Shown: positions 52,230 through 64,000 of the stretch, one piece after another
How positions within the stretch are numbered: the stretch's first letter is position 1
Layout: each line of letters begins with the position of its first letter
Assembly: GCA_964016885.1 (NCBI GenBank)
Contig: OZ024747.1
Coordinates: 89,342,001-89,406,000, forward strand
From: Eledone cirrhosa
Lineage: Eukaryota
Length of the DNA: 64,000 nt
Reading direction: 5' to 3'
Position numbers and translations under genes: made by a program
The notes under the pieces: generated by a model
Seen by the model: the letters and a program-made list of their open reading frames with translations, nothing else
Database searches by the model: none
What the model was told of the DNA's origin: nothing

Positions 52230-54457
52230 ATAATAATAATAATAATAATGAAATTATTGTGTACAGTGCTCAGGTGCACTACAACTCATCAAAGGTGCAT
52301 GTATAGTACATAGAATAATGTACAAATGTCAGGAAAATAAACAGTGTATGAGTCATGATATAATAACAATAACGAAATATTGTGCACAGTGCCCAGGTGC
52401 ACCACAACTCATAAAAAAAGTGCATGTACAGTACATAGGGCAATGCACAAACATCAGTAAAATGAACAGTGCACGAGTCATGATACACACATGTGTGCAT
52501 GTGTATGGAAGGGGTACATCAGGTGTAGTTTTGGCGTATTTTGGGAAGCATGAGTGTCTTAAAGGATGCAGTGTCTCGGCAGCTAACAATTGACGCAGGC
52601 AGTTTGTTCCATGCTTCAGCAACTCTGAGCGTGAAAAAATGTCTGCGAAAGTCATGGGAGCTGTGCTGTTTTCTTATCTTGTAGGCATGTCCACGTGTGT
52701 TAGACACATGGAGATCAAAGAGGCGCTCAGGGTTGCAGTTGGCGAGATGGTTAAAAACTTTGTGGGTATTCACCAAGTCCATTGCCAGACGTCGGAGCTT
52801 CAATGAATCCATGCCCAGGGAAGCAAGGCGTTCAGAGTATGGTAGGTGTCTGATGGAGGGTATGCGCTTGGTTGCACGTCTCTGAACAGTTTCCAGGAGG
52901 TCAATGTTCCGAGCAAGATAGGGGTTCCAGACTGATGATGCGAATTCCAAGTGTGGTCGTACCATAGCTGTATACAGTTTTAAATAGATGGCTGGAGAGC
53001 GGCTAACAAAGGTCTTGCTGAGTGATGCCAAGACACCCTCGGCCTTCTTGACAATCTTAGAGACATGCTTTGTCCAACGCAAATCGTTGCTGACAGTAAT
53101 GCCCAGGTCACGTTCACAAGAGGACTTTTTGATGTCAGTGTTGTGGAGGGAGTTTGTGGACGCTGGATTTTTCCTTCCAAAATGCATGGTGGTACACTTG
53201 TCCACAGCCAGCTTCAGTTGCCAGTCTGTGATCCATTGCTGCATTGTGTCCAGGTCTGATTGTAGGAAAGAGTTGTAAATTTCAGGATCAGTCCTTTTGA
53301 TTTCAAGGTACAGCTTGATGTCATCTGCATATTTTAGTACCGTGGCATTCTGTAAGTTGGCATCTATGTCATTAATATATGCCACAAACAAAAGAGGACC
53401 AAGAACAGATCCCTGTGGTACACCAGATGACATCTCATATGGTGAAGAATGCTGTCCTAGAACCGTGACTACTTCCTTTCGGCTGAGAATGAAGGATTTC
53501 AGCCAGTCGAAAAGATCATCCCTCACACCCATTGCAGAGAGTTTTGCCATAAGTCTTTTGTGTGGCACAGAATTAAAAGCCTTAGCAAAGTCAAGGTAAA
53601 CAACATCCACCCATGAGCCGCTCTCAGTGATCCGGGTGATGTCCTCAAGAAACTCGATAAGCTGATCACAGCAGCTGGAGTTAGGGATAAATCCAAACTG
53701 TGAGGGCCGGATGAGGCTGTGAGAGCTCCAGAAGTTCCAAAGTGTTTCTCTGACACAGGATTCCATCAGTTTGGCCATACAGCTAGTAAGACTGACTGGA
53801 CGATAGTTGACAGGTGACATGCGGTTGCCCTTTTTGAACAGGGGAATGACACTGGCAGTTTTCCACTGCTCCGGAGTAGCACCATTGCTGAGACAGTATT
53901 GAAAGAAAAAAGAAAGCTGGCGCAAAAGGAAATCCCCGCCACATTTGAGAAGCAGGTATGTCACACCATCAAGACCAGGGGAGGCATAGTTGCGCTTATT
54001 CTTAAGGTGACGTCGCAACATTGCAGGTGTAAATTCCATAGTTGTTATGGAATTTGATGTTAGAGATGGTGGAGATGGTACATTCTGGTCTTCAACAGTA
54101 AAAATACTTGCATAGCACTCAGCAATGAGTTCTGCGCATTCCTTGAGATCGTCAGTGATCTGGCTTGTGTGGGGATTGCAAAGAGGACCAACTGGAGAGT
54201 GAGGTCTCTGCTTTGAATGAACATATTTCCAGAACACCTTACTGTCAGGATTGGTTGCGATGCACTGTTCAAATTCAAGCACTGCCTTCTTTGTCACTTG
54301 CTTGAGATGGTTAGAAGATTTATTCCGCTTTTTTCTGTTGGCATCTGATCTATGCAGTTTATATTCCCGTTCAGCGTTCCGACGTTCTTTCCTGGCAAGT
54401 CGGACCGCTGAAGTTTCCCAGAATGCACTTTTGGGGTGGTTATTTTTCCGCTTCCGT
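52230..54457 (-). mobile_element. 5'-truncated CR1-group LINE with doubled 3' tail
   Basis: ORF 52519-54297 followed by 3' UTR, then a second diverged 3' UTR copy (52230-52345) ending in (ATT)n. Confidence 0.95.
52519..54297 (-). CDS. CR1 ORF2 remnant (reverse transcriptase)
   Basis: SPGLDG, NYRPVSLTS, QFGF, VDVVYLDFAKAFNSVPH, SGVPQGSVLGPLLF and KYADD motifs. Confidence 0.92.
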   Translation of the reverse strand: MTKKAVLEFEQCIATNPDSKVFWKYVHSKQRPHSPVGPLCNPHTSQITDDLKECAELIAECYASIFTVEDQNVPSPPSLTSNSITTMEFTPAMLRRHLKNKRNYASPGLDGVTYLLLKCGGDFLLRQLSFFFQYCLSNGATPEQWKTASVIPLFKKGNRMSPVNYRPVSLTSCMAKLMESCVRETLWNFWSSHSLIRPSQFGFIPNSSCCDQLIEFLEDITRITESGSWVDVVYLDFAKAFNSVPHKRLMAKLSAMGVRDDLFDWLKSFILSRKEVVTVLGQHSSPYEMSSGVPQGSVLGPLLFVAYINDIDANLQNATVLKYADDIKLYLEIKRTDPEIYNSFLQSDLDTMQQWITDWQLKLAVDKCTTMHFGRKNPASTNSLHNTDIKKSSCERDLGITVSNDLRWTKHVSKIVKKAEGVLASLSKTFVSRSPAIYLKLYTAMVRPHLEFASSVWNPYLARNIDLLETVQRRATKRIPSIRHLPYSERLASLGMDSLKLRRLAMDLVNTHKVFNHLANCNPERLFDLHVSNTRGHAYKIRKQHSSHDFRRHFFTLRVAEAWNKLPASIVSCRDTASFKTLMLPKIRQNYT

Positions 54458-55662
54458 GTAATGTAAATGCTAAAGGGTTAATGTGGTATTGAAAAAGATA
54501 TAGAACATCTTTCATTGTGACAGCTGGTCTCCAAACTCGTCTGCACACATCAAGTTTCCAGATAAGAACCCTGCCCGCAGGTTCATTGTGTCATTTCACA
54601 TGTTTGGCTAAAGCAAGCCTCCTATGTCTATGATGCCAGAAAGGCAAGGGTTTGAACTGTAGAGTGATTTATTTGCTACATGTGTTTTCCAAGATATATT
54701 CTAGAGCTTTCTCAGTATATATATACACATATACATACATATATATGTGTGTGTATGTATATATGATTACAGCACAATATGTAATGTTCCATAGCTATTA
54801 ATTTAGATGCTGTATTGTGTGAGCTGTTCATAATGTAGCTATACGACAGCTGTATTATCTGCAGTGTTGTGTTCCCTATAACTGTACTTTAAGAAACTGT
54901 TCTATTGTACAACTGTTACAATTGTACTACATTGAATTATGTCTGAGGCCAATTGTATTACACTGAATGCAGTCAAAAGTCAAAGTACAAAGAATAATGA
55001 AAGTACAAAACTAAACTTGAGATAAAAGATCAACGTAAATAAAATAGATGTTGAATTAATTATATTTATCTAGCAAAGAAAGTATCGTTTCTTGACCATT
55101 TCTACAATATATATCAGTAGTTGTAGGGATTTGTTTTGGCTTTTGTTATTCAACATGAAGAAGCTAGACATAGAGATAAATTATATAGAGAGATAAGTAT
55201 ATCTCCCTCACAAAAGATTCACTGACATAATTTGTGTGATAAGAATTCCTATTGGTCAGCTTTATTTCCATAGGTAGAAGATAGGTTTCTTTATAGAAAT
55301 TTATCTAAATGGTGTGAGATCCTTTATGTCTGTCCATACATAATTGAAAAGAAGAAAAAGGAAAAAATGATAGAAACTCTCTCTTATTCTCTAAATAATG
55401 AATAACAAAGATTTTAGTAGGAAAATACCTGGTAGTATTTTTTGAAAAAAAAAAAAAAAAAGTCCCTCTTATTCTCACAGGGTTGTTTGATGTGGTTTAG
55501 AGTTTGGCTACTTGTACTGACAATAAATATCTAATAGGAATGATGACAACCAATAGGTTATTTATTACTGTAGTTTCATAGACAGTATGTATTGTCTGAA
55601 TTGTAACCAAAAGTGACGGCACTCTGTTTGGTAATTTTTACCTAGTTTGTTCTTCGTTTCGC

Positions 55663-55693
<31 letters not shown>

Positions 55694-56976
55694 AAATTTA
55701 TATTTTTGCCTGCTTCCATCAAACAGTGAATTGTTTAGACAATTATTTGAGGGAGAAGTAAAAAAGTAAAAGAAAAAATACAAACAATAAACAAAAAAAA
55801 ATAAATGAATGAATGAATGAAAACAAAATTAAAAAAAAACCCCAAAAAGCGAATGAACAATGGTTACTGATATATATGATAGTATCGGTTCTTGGAACTG
55901 TTTAAGGTTTTTGTGTTAGAAAAGCATAAGTAGCATTATACTTACCATTATCACTAACTGCTAGCTGCAACAATAGACAAAGGAGCAAAAACTATTTTCA
56001 TGCAGAGTAATGCTAGTCTAGTGTAGATTATTCTCCATGTTGGTAAATTGATGAAATGATATAAACCAATGAGAAATATAGTAATTGTTATTGTAGTTGT
56101 TTAGCTTAAAGTCAGCTCTGATCAGGAAGACTCTTCATCAAAGATATGCTGGCCATGACCATCCTGTCTTTTATTTAATCAAACACAGTGTATCTAAAAT
56201 GTGATTAGTCTGTCTGTGTGTATGAGTAGATGTGAAGGTGATTAAGGTGTTCAGCTCAGGATAATAAAATCATGAGTTCAATTCCTAATGATATGATATG
56301 TCCTTCAGCAAGACACTTTATTTCACATTGCTGCAGTCCATTCATGTATCAAAAATGAATTGTACCTGTAGTTAAAGGGGTCAGGCCTGTCCAACACTGT
56401 CATGTTGAATCTCCCTGAGAAATATGTGAAGGGTACACATGTGTATGTAATTTTCGGTCACTTGCACAATAATTTCATGAACTGGTAGTTCTATTGATTG
56501 AAACAATTGGAACACTCATCTCTGGAACCAGAGAAGGTCCAATATGTATAAATTCTGTGTATATTTTCTCTAGGAATATATTTCCTTCCATTTTTTAAAA
56601 GATGATAGGGGACATTTTGATAGAGATCTGGTTACTTTTCCTAGCAGGTCAAGTAACCATGTGAAGAGTTTAATTGTTTACTTAGAAAACTTACAATAAC
56701 AGCTTATGTTGAGCAATAAAGCAGCTGACATTTCCTCAATAGAATCTCTACCAACTTTAAAACAAGAAATTTGGAAGAAAATTTTTATAATAGAACAAGA
56801 TTGTCACAGAATGACTGAATAAATCGACAATAACTGTTACATACACATTTATTTTAGTTAGAGACATAACAATGACAAGAGAGCATCTACCTATTCCATC
56901 AACATGCTAGAAATAACAGCTAAATCTTTCTCAAATAATAACTTACTATCTTAAAAAACAGGAAGACACATTAGAT

Positions 56977-57154
56977 AATTGTTTCTACTTTTCGGACAAG
57001 GCCAGCAATTATCCCAGTGCATTACTGGTATTTTATCGACCATGTAAGTATGAAAGGCAAATTTAACCTCAAAAGGATTTGCGCTCAGGCCGTAAAGGGC
57101 CATAACTCTATGCCGCAAAGCATAGTGTCCGACTCTCTACTGATATTGCCAATC
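56977..57154 (-). mobile_element. SINE A copy
   Basis: Same family features as the other A copies. Abuts the RTE fragment head-to-head. Confidence 0.8.
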
Positions 57155-57156
57155 CC

Positions 57157-57375
57157 AGTGGAAGGAAGACGCAGTAGAGGAAGACCACAAAAATCTTGGG
57201 CGGAGGTAGTGAGAGCTGATCTCAGATCGCTGAAGCTCACAGAGGAGATGACGAAGGACCGCGACAAATGGAGAGATGCTGTACTGAAAAGGACCCATCC
57301 CACTCTTGCAAGCAAAAAAAAAGCGGATGCAAAATGATGAGGATGATAATGATAATGATAATGATGATGATGATA
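57157..57375 (+). mobile_element. RTE LINE 3' end (short-UTR family)
   Basis: VEGRRSRGRPQKSWAEVVRADL...DRDKWRDAV, then a (GAT/AAT)n tail. Related decayed copy at ~9805-9985 (-). Confidence 0.8.
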
Positions 57376-60300
57376 TATATAAGTAATGATTTTTTATAGG
57401 ATGATCACAATTAACTTGGGACTAAACAACATTGACAATTACAACAAAACTATACTATATTAAAGTATGTCTTCATAATTTAGACTAAACTTTAGATACT
57501 TTCAGGTGTGAAAAATGAGAAATTATATCATTCATGCCTTTCATAAGAGCATTAGTGCAGCAAACAAGCAGGCACCGCTGTGTTAAGGAATTTGTGTCAC
57601 ATTCACATTGTTTTGAGTACAATATTATTGGCAGTATTTCATGAATGAATAAATAACTGCATCCTCATGCTTGAGAGTTGGGAGTCTTAGGCACAACCAC
57701 CATTCTTTCTTCACCACACATTCTGGTTTCCTGCTGCAGCTATACATTCTGCCAGCGTCCTTCCTGTCCAGTTCTTGATGTCATAATATCATCTTTGTTT
57801 CTGTCACCTGGGAGCCTGTTTTCTGTTTCAAGGATGTAGATAGAGAGGTTCTGAACCCTGAGAATATGACCAAAATATCATGAAAAATGAGAACTGGTAG
57901 TATTTTACCTATAAAGGTAGAAAAACTGTTAGCCATAAGGTTTTTTTTTTTTTGCTTTTATTTCTCATTCTTCAGTTCACTATTTTAAAATTCTGATAAT
58001 GTTTCAATACTTTTGTCCATGCTTGCAATGTATTAGAATTTGCTGTTTTCATTTGAATGTGATTTATTTCAAGCTACTTACTGAATGAATTACATATTTG
58101 AAAAAAAAAAAATGTTAGCACCCAAATCTTATTACATGTTTGCAATTTTCAACTTTCCTTTCAGTTGCTGCTGTTTTAATTCCTAGAACTGCTTTTAATC
58201 TAAATGCAAATGAATAGCTTTAACACTCCCCACTTGTCAACCTCCATACCCAACTTACTGGCCTTGCTACAGCATATCATTTGGCAAATGTTTCCACCAA
58301 GCTGAAGATCGTTTCCCCTAAAAAGAGAAACCTAATCACAAGCACATCAAAGAAAAATTATCTCTGCAGGCAAAACTATAAAAAGAATTCCTTTATTAAC
58401 ACCATTATAATTATTTTATATTCGTTGTTTACAGAGAAATGAATTCCTACTAATTCATTTTTTTTTTCATGTAAAAATATGCCAAAGGCACTGATTCAGT
58501 ATTCCACAAAGGGACAAAGAGATAGTGAAAGTGAAGGGGAGATAACAAAGGTGGGGAGATTGGGATTGAGAAAAAAGACTAGTTGTAGAAGTGGAAGATT
58601 ATAGTCGTTGACCTAATATATTACTACTAGTATTTACTCTTTACCAACAATTTCAAATAAAAGATGACCTTGGCATGATTTGAACCCAGAAGTGAAAGGA
58701 ATGATAGATGTAAACAGCATGGCTGTGTTATTAATATGTTGGTTTTACAACCACATGCTTCAGGGTTCGAAATGACTGCATGGTATATTAGGCAAGCACA
58801 TTCTACCATAGTTTTGAGATGATCAAAAACCCTGTGAATGGAATTTGGTAGATGGATATGTACACAGTCCATACAACACACACATATATATATATATACA
58901 CACACATGTATATATACATATATACATATACATACATACATACACATACATATATATATATACATACATGCATATATTCATACATACATACACACACATA
59001 TATATATATATACACACATATATATATATATATACAATCATATATATATATATATATATAGACATACATATATATGTCTACATACATACATATATACGTT
59101 TTGTAAATAGGAGGTATCACTTTTTACCTCTCATCTACTTCCCACCCTGCCCCTGTTTTGCCTTTCTTCCTCTTCTGAATTCAATAAAATATGTACCTGG
59201 TAAGGTACCAAGGTTGATATAATTGACTAAATTCTTGAACATGGTGCTCCAGCATGACCACAGTCCAATAACCAAAGCCTGTATAAGAACTGTTTTGTTG
59301 TAATCTTTGAAAACCAATTATAGCCAGTAATGGACTGTAATCACTATAACACAACCAGCATGCCTTCACTAATGATCACCTTTAGATAATATAGTTTTCT
59401 GTAATCATAGCTAATTAGAAAGTGTTAGCATATTGTTTTCTAACATAAGCAGAATGTCAGCCATTTGTTATGTGAATGCTGATTATATTAACCCCAGCAC
59501 TTGACTGGTACTTCATTTTATCGACCTCAGAAGGATAAATGACAAAGTTGACTTCAGCTGTATTTTGAACTCAGAACACAAAGAGAATATAATTGTGAAT
59601 ATAAGCAGATGAAATGGAGTAATGTTACTTGATAGAGTGCATAGCTCAAGGATCAGAGAATCACTCCAGGATCAGAGAATCACTCCAGGTAGAGCTGCTA
59701 CTTCTCTGAATTGAGAGATCACAGCTCCATTAATATGGGCATGTGGTTAGAATGTCTTAGGAAAGAATCGCTAGACAGATTTTATAGGCAAAACCAGCCG
59801 GCAGGAGATCCAGGAGTAGACCCTCGAGCAAGATGGTTGGATAACATCCATAAACTTGACTGACCTCACTTGGGGATCCAGCTGGATTAGCTGGAGACAG
59901 TTGCTTCTGACAGGACCCACTGGAAGGAGTGTTTGAGGACTCTGCCCCCACAGCTCTCTTAGGAAGAAGAAGAAGAATGTGAAGATGTAGAGTGATATTA
60001 AAAAATTGTAATAATATTGAATCCTTTTGTCTAGGCAGAACAAGCAAAGACAATTATTTTAAAGAAAATATCTAAATGATTTGACCCTTATTAACACTTT
60101 ATATTTTTTAATCTCAGAAATATAATAAAAACTTGACCCCAGTAGAATTTGAACCAGGAACATTTCTGTATCAATAAAGTATTTAGCATAGTGTACCACT
60201 ACTCTGATCAACTTCACTCACACCACAGGAATTGTTAATATACTAACATTTTAGGGTGGTGAGTTGACAGAATCATTAGAGCATGAGAGTGACTCTCTGA

Positions 60301-62074
60301 TCTCTGAGCTACACACTCACTACATCTTGCCATGCTTCTAAATTAGATCCTATATTGTAATTGGCAGTCGATTTGGCAGTCATTAAAGTATTGAATATTT
60401 GTTCCTTGTTTCTGTGATTTCAGATGAAATCCTACCATGGTTCAATTTGCTTTTCATCATTTCAAGATTGATAAGGTAGAGCATCAGACACTAAGCTTTG
60501 TGACATAGAGTTGTGGCCCTTTACGTCATGAGTTCAAATCCTGCCAAGATTAGCTTTGCATTTCATCTTTACGGGATTGATAAAATAAAGCACCATGGGG
60601 TCGATTTAATCAACTTTTCCTCTCCCACCAAATATTTCAGGCCTTGTGCTTAAATCAGATACCATTATTTCAAGATTGATAAAGAAAGCATATCCAGATG
60701 TAATAATTATTATTGGATGGTTAATACACTTTAAATTGATCTGTATTCTCCTTTCCGTTTGTAGACAATATGTTCTTCACTCTAGTGGGTTTTATCCCCT
60801 AAGATTAAACATATACCTCTATGTGTACTTCTTTCTATATACTGATTTATATAATACCTATATATGTATAATGTTGTTCTACTTTTGACATGGTACTGTA
60901 TTCTGAATGGATTCCAAACTGCTCTACCAACCTTGATTGTACTGCAGTCTTTAAGTCCTAGTTCTTCTGCACAAGTTTCAAGAAATGATTATTCAATAGT
61001 CAACTTTACAGCTAATTACAGCTATTAACTCTATAGATAAAACTTATATTGGAAGATTTAAAATAGATTTAAAAATAAATGCTGTAAAATGTATGCCTTC
61101 TCAACAAATATAAACTAATTTGGAAGAAAAATGGTAAACAACAGTTTAAGTGCAGCCCTTGTGGAATAAGATAAGTTTATTGTAGATGTTGTAACACCAC
61201 ATGATCTCACCCTTGAGTAGCAAATGTCAGAAAATACGATTTCAGGAATTTAACTAAACATTAAAAGAAAAAAAAAAGGATTTTATAAATTTTTCTTTTC
61301 CTGTCTGAGATCAACTTATTTATCAAGTTTTAGACTATTGTACAAAAACCAATGTTTACCAAGAAATATTAACAAGTAAACATTTCCAGGCAAATCATAT
61401 CCCTTAGGCCTTCAAGCAAATAAATAAGTTCAGCTAAGAAAGTATTAAACACAGTATGGAAAGAATAATCATTATGGTTAGCATTAAATATACAGGGTTA
61501 GAGTAAATCTTTAAATATACAAGGTAAGTTTTAATAAGTTTAAATAAATATAATTGAAAATTGGTATGAATGAAAAAGAAACTCTGAGGTGCAGTAAAGG
61601 TTTGAGAGTTCAATTGCAATAGATAAATGTTATAACATATGTACTTTTGGGTCCTGCTTCCCCACCAGCTTATTAATTTTTCAGATTTTTTTCCAACCAC
61701 TTCGCTCTTATTCCAGCTTACCACATATTAAATTTTGCTAATTTATCTCCAGTGAAATTTTGGTTTTTAAAAAAAAATCAAGTTCGGCTTCACCTCCTCC
61801 CATTCCACCCACACCAAACACTCCATTCCCCTACTCCCAATTCCTTTGTCACCGCCGTCTGAGCAGTTGAACTCATGACTTTGAGGCTTAGGCCATTGCA
61901 TGGTTAGACTGTTCACTCCGCGAGTATACCCTGCTACCCTGATATAAGCCACTCTCATCTGTGCCTGTGAAGTCGACTGCACTTCTGTCCTTACACCACG
62001 CCTTATATATATACAGCTTGACACACTTAGACATCTTTACAACCTATATATAGACCATCCCACCTATATATATA

Positions 62075-62260
62075 TGTTAAGTTATTCCGGGTTGAGTTGG
62101 AGGTAACCACAGTAAGTAAGGTACTCAATACATAGCAGAGTATAAAAGTGTTAATATAGAAGAGCTTCTACAGGACTAGAACTGTTTCATTCGTGAGAAA
62201 TCATCAGGAAGCTTGTGATGATTTCTCACGAATGAAACAGTTCTAGTCCTGTAGAAGCTC

Positions 62261-62265
<5 letters not shown>
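62075..62265. mobile_element. PLE-type terminal fragment with ~52-bp-arm palindrome, next to (TA)n
   Basis: ~62155-62206 is the reverse complement of ~62216-62267. Terminal motif resembles that of 24729-24760. Confidence 0.7.
62163..62213 (-). ncRNA. Type I hammerhead ribozyme
   Basis: Minus strand: agcttc-CTGATGA-tttctcacgaat-GAAA-CAG-ttctagtc-CTG-TA-gaagct. 6-bp stem I, stem III ACAG/CTGT, GUA triplet. Confidence 0.78.
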
Positions 62266-62316
<51 letters not shown>

Positions 62317-62614
62317 TACTAAAACTCTGTGAGTGTGTGCTTGTCTAATTTAATACAGCCAAAATGGTGAATAATGGGAAAATACTTTGAAAGGGAGTTG
62401 CCCCTGAAATGGGAATACAAATGGAATAAAACAAGTTTCGTGTAAACTGGAGCATGGGTTCCTGAGATGTAGGGTTTTTCCGGGTACCTTCATAAATAGA
62501 GAAAGAGATAGGGGTTATAAGCGAGTAGATTGAAAAAGAGACATAGAGAGAGAAGGAGACAGAGAGAGAAGGAATGTCTAAGTGTGTCTGGCTGTATATA
62601 TAAAGGTGGTACGG

Positions 62615-62650
<36 letters not shown>

Positions 62651-63040
62651 GGTGGGAAGGTCTATATATATAGGTAGGATGGTCTATAATATATGTATAG
62701 ATTATATATATATATACATATATTTAATTTGAAAACCATGTTTATTACAATATTTAGTTTGAATTTTATCCATGCACGCATTCGGCAAGATTACCCATAT
62801 TTCAAAGTTATTGTTTTAAGAATAATTATAACACAAATTACCGTCTTCCATTGATGATTTTCATTTTAATCCTTAATCTATATACTTTAACAATAAACAC
62901 GAGAAAAATCGATGAAATACCTGAACAGTATAGAAATATAAGCGATGGCAGACAGATAATGTGTTCGGGTATCTCAAGCTAAACACTTTTTACATTGTGT
63001 ACAGTTCAAATGTCAAATAATAGATAGATCGTTATATACA

Positions 63041-63078
63041 CTAGCAGAAAAACCACCCATCGGGTGGTTTTCTGCTAG
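63041..63078. repeat. CTAG-bounded hairpin resembling a Helitron 3' terminus
   Basis: ctagcagaaaaaccaccc-atc-gggtggttttctgctag. Confidence 0.5.
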
Positions 63079-63684
63079 CATGTGTAGTGTGTATATTGAT
63101 ATTATACGTAAGTATATATACATGTAGATATGATACATCAAATAAAATCGTAATTGACAATATATAATACATAGAAATTGAACGAAGACTGCGTTACACT
63201 CTCTTATTTAATCAGTAACGTAATCCATGATACATTAAAAAAGACGATATTATATATAAACTGCATTAGGAGAAAATTAGTGACAGAAAATTAGTATGTT
63301 TATTTAAGCGATGGCTAACCGGAAGTGTTGACATTTCAGAAATTTTAAAGAAGTGAATCTTTAAATAAACAAAATATATTTAATCAACAGCCACGAAATT
63401 TAGTAGATAAATTATGTAATATTCATTCATTATTTATTCAAAGTGTTTAAAGTTCCAGTAATACACTGGGATAATTGGTGGCCTTGTGCCAAAAGTAGAA
63501 ACAATTATTTATTCAAAGTAATCCAACTGATTTTACAAACGGGGTAAAAAAAATACACCGTACGCAGTCCCACCAGACCTTCCTTTATTATATATATATA
63601 TATATATATATTAAAATATAAGTATTAATAAAATAGATGTTCTTTTGAAGAGAGAGAGAGGGGGGGGGGTTCTTTTGTTAAAGT

Positions 63685-63999
<315 letters not shown>

Positions 64000-64000
64000 A

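Noticed and set aside
62840-63330. Candidate promoter and first exon of a minus-strand gene (CCGGAAGT ETS motif near 63319; ATGGAAGACG|gtaat at 62851-62842; micro-exon near 55945)
   Set aside because: The signals are short and could not be chained into an open reading frame. Needs transcript data.

Overview
AT-rich, repeat-saturated eukaryotic DNA. The SINE/LINE repertoire and dense (TA)n, (CA)n and (CAT)n microsatellites suggest an octopus or other coleoid cephalopod (inference). The only host gene I can support is the 3' coding part of MORN5 on the minus strand at the window end (63685-63999), which the ORF track misses. The rest is mobile DNA and repeats: a frameshifted Penelope-like element (PLE; RT + GIY-YIG, Neptune-like Cys linker) at 26.4-29.8 kb, RTE and CR1 LINEs, CRE-like 3' fragments, two tRNA-derived SINE families, TTAA-flanked MITEs, a decayed hAT transposase split by nested insertions, a decayed 28S rRNA fragment, a 57-bp minisatellite and a 3.8-kb C-rich satellite. 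The most striking unannotated signal is a set of short non-coding islands flanked by (TA)n tracts (6.5-7.0, 24.7-25.2, 25.2-26.3, 45.4-45.6 and 62.1-62.3 kb). Each carries a type I hammerhead ribozyme or part of one, with a palindromic stem III, and an inverted (fold-back) copy of itself. One is a 469-bp tandem unit beside the autonomous PLE, which makes it a candidate retrozyme/circular-RNA system mobilised by PLE machinery. All calls were made by eye without database searches or folding software.
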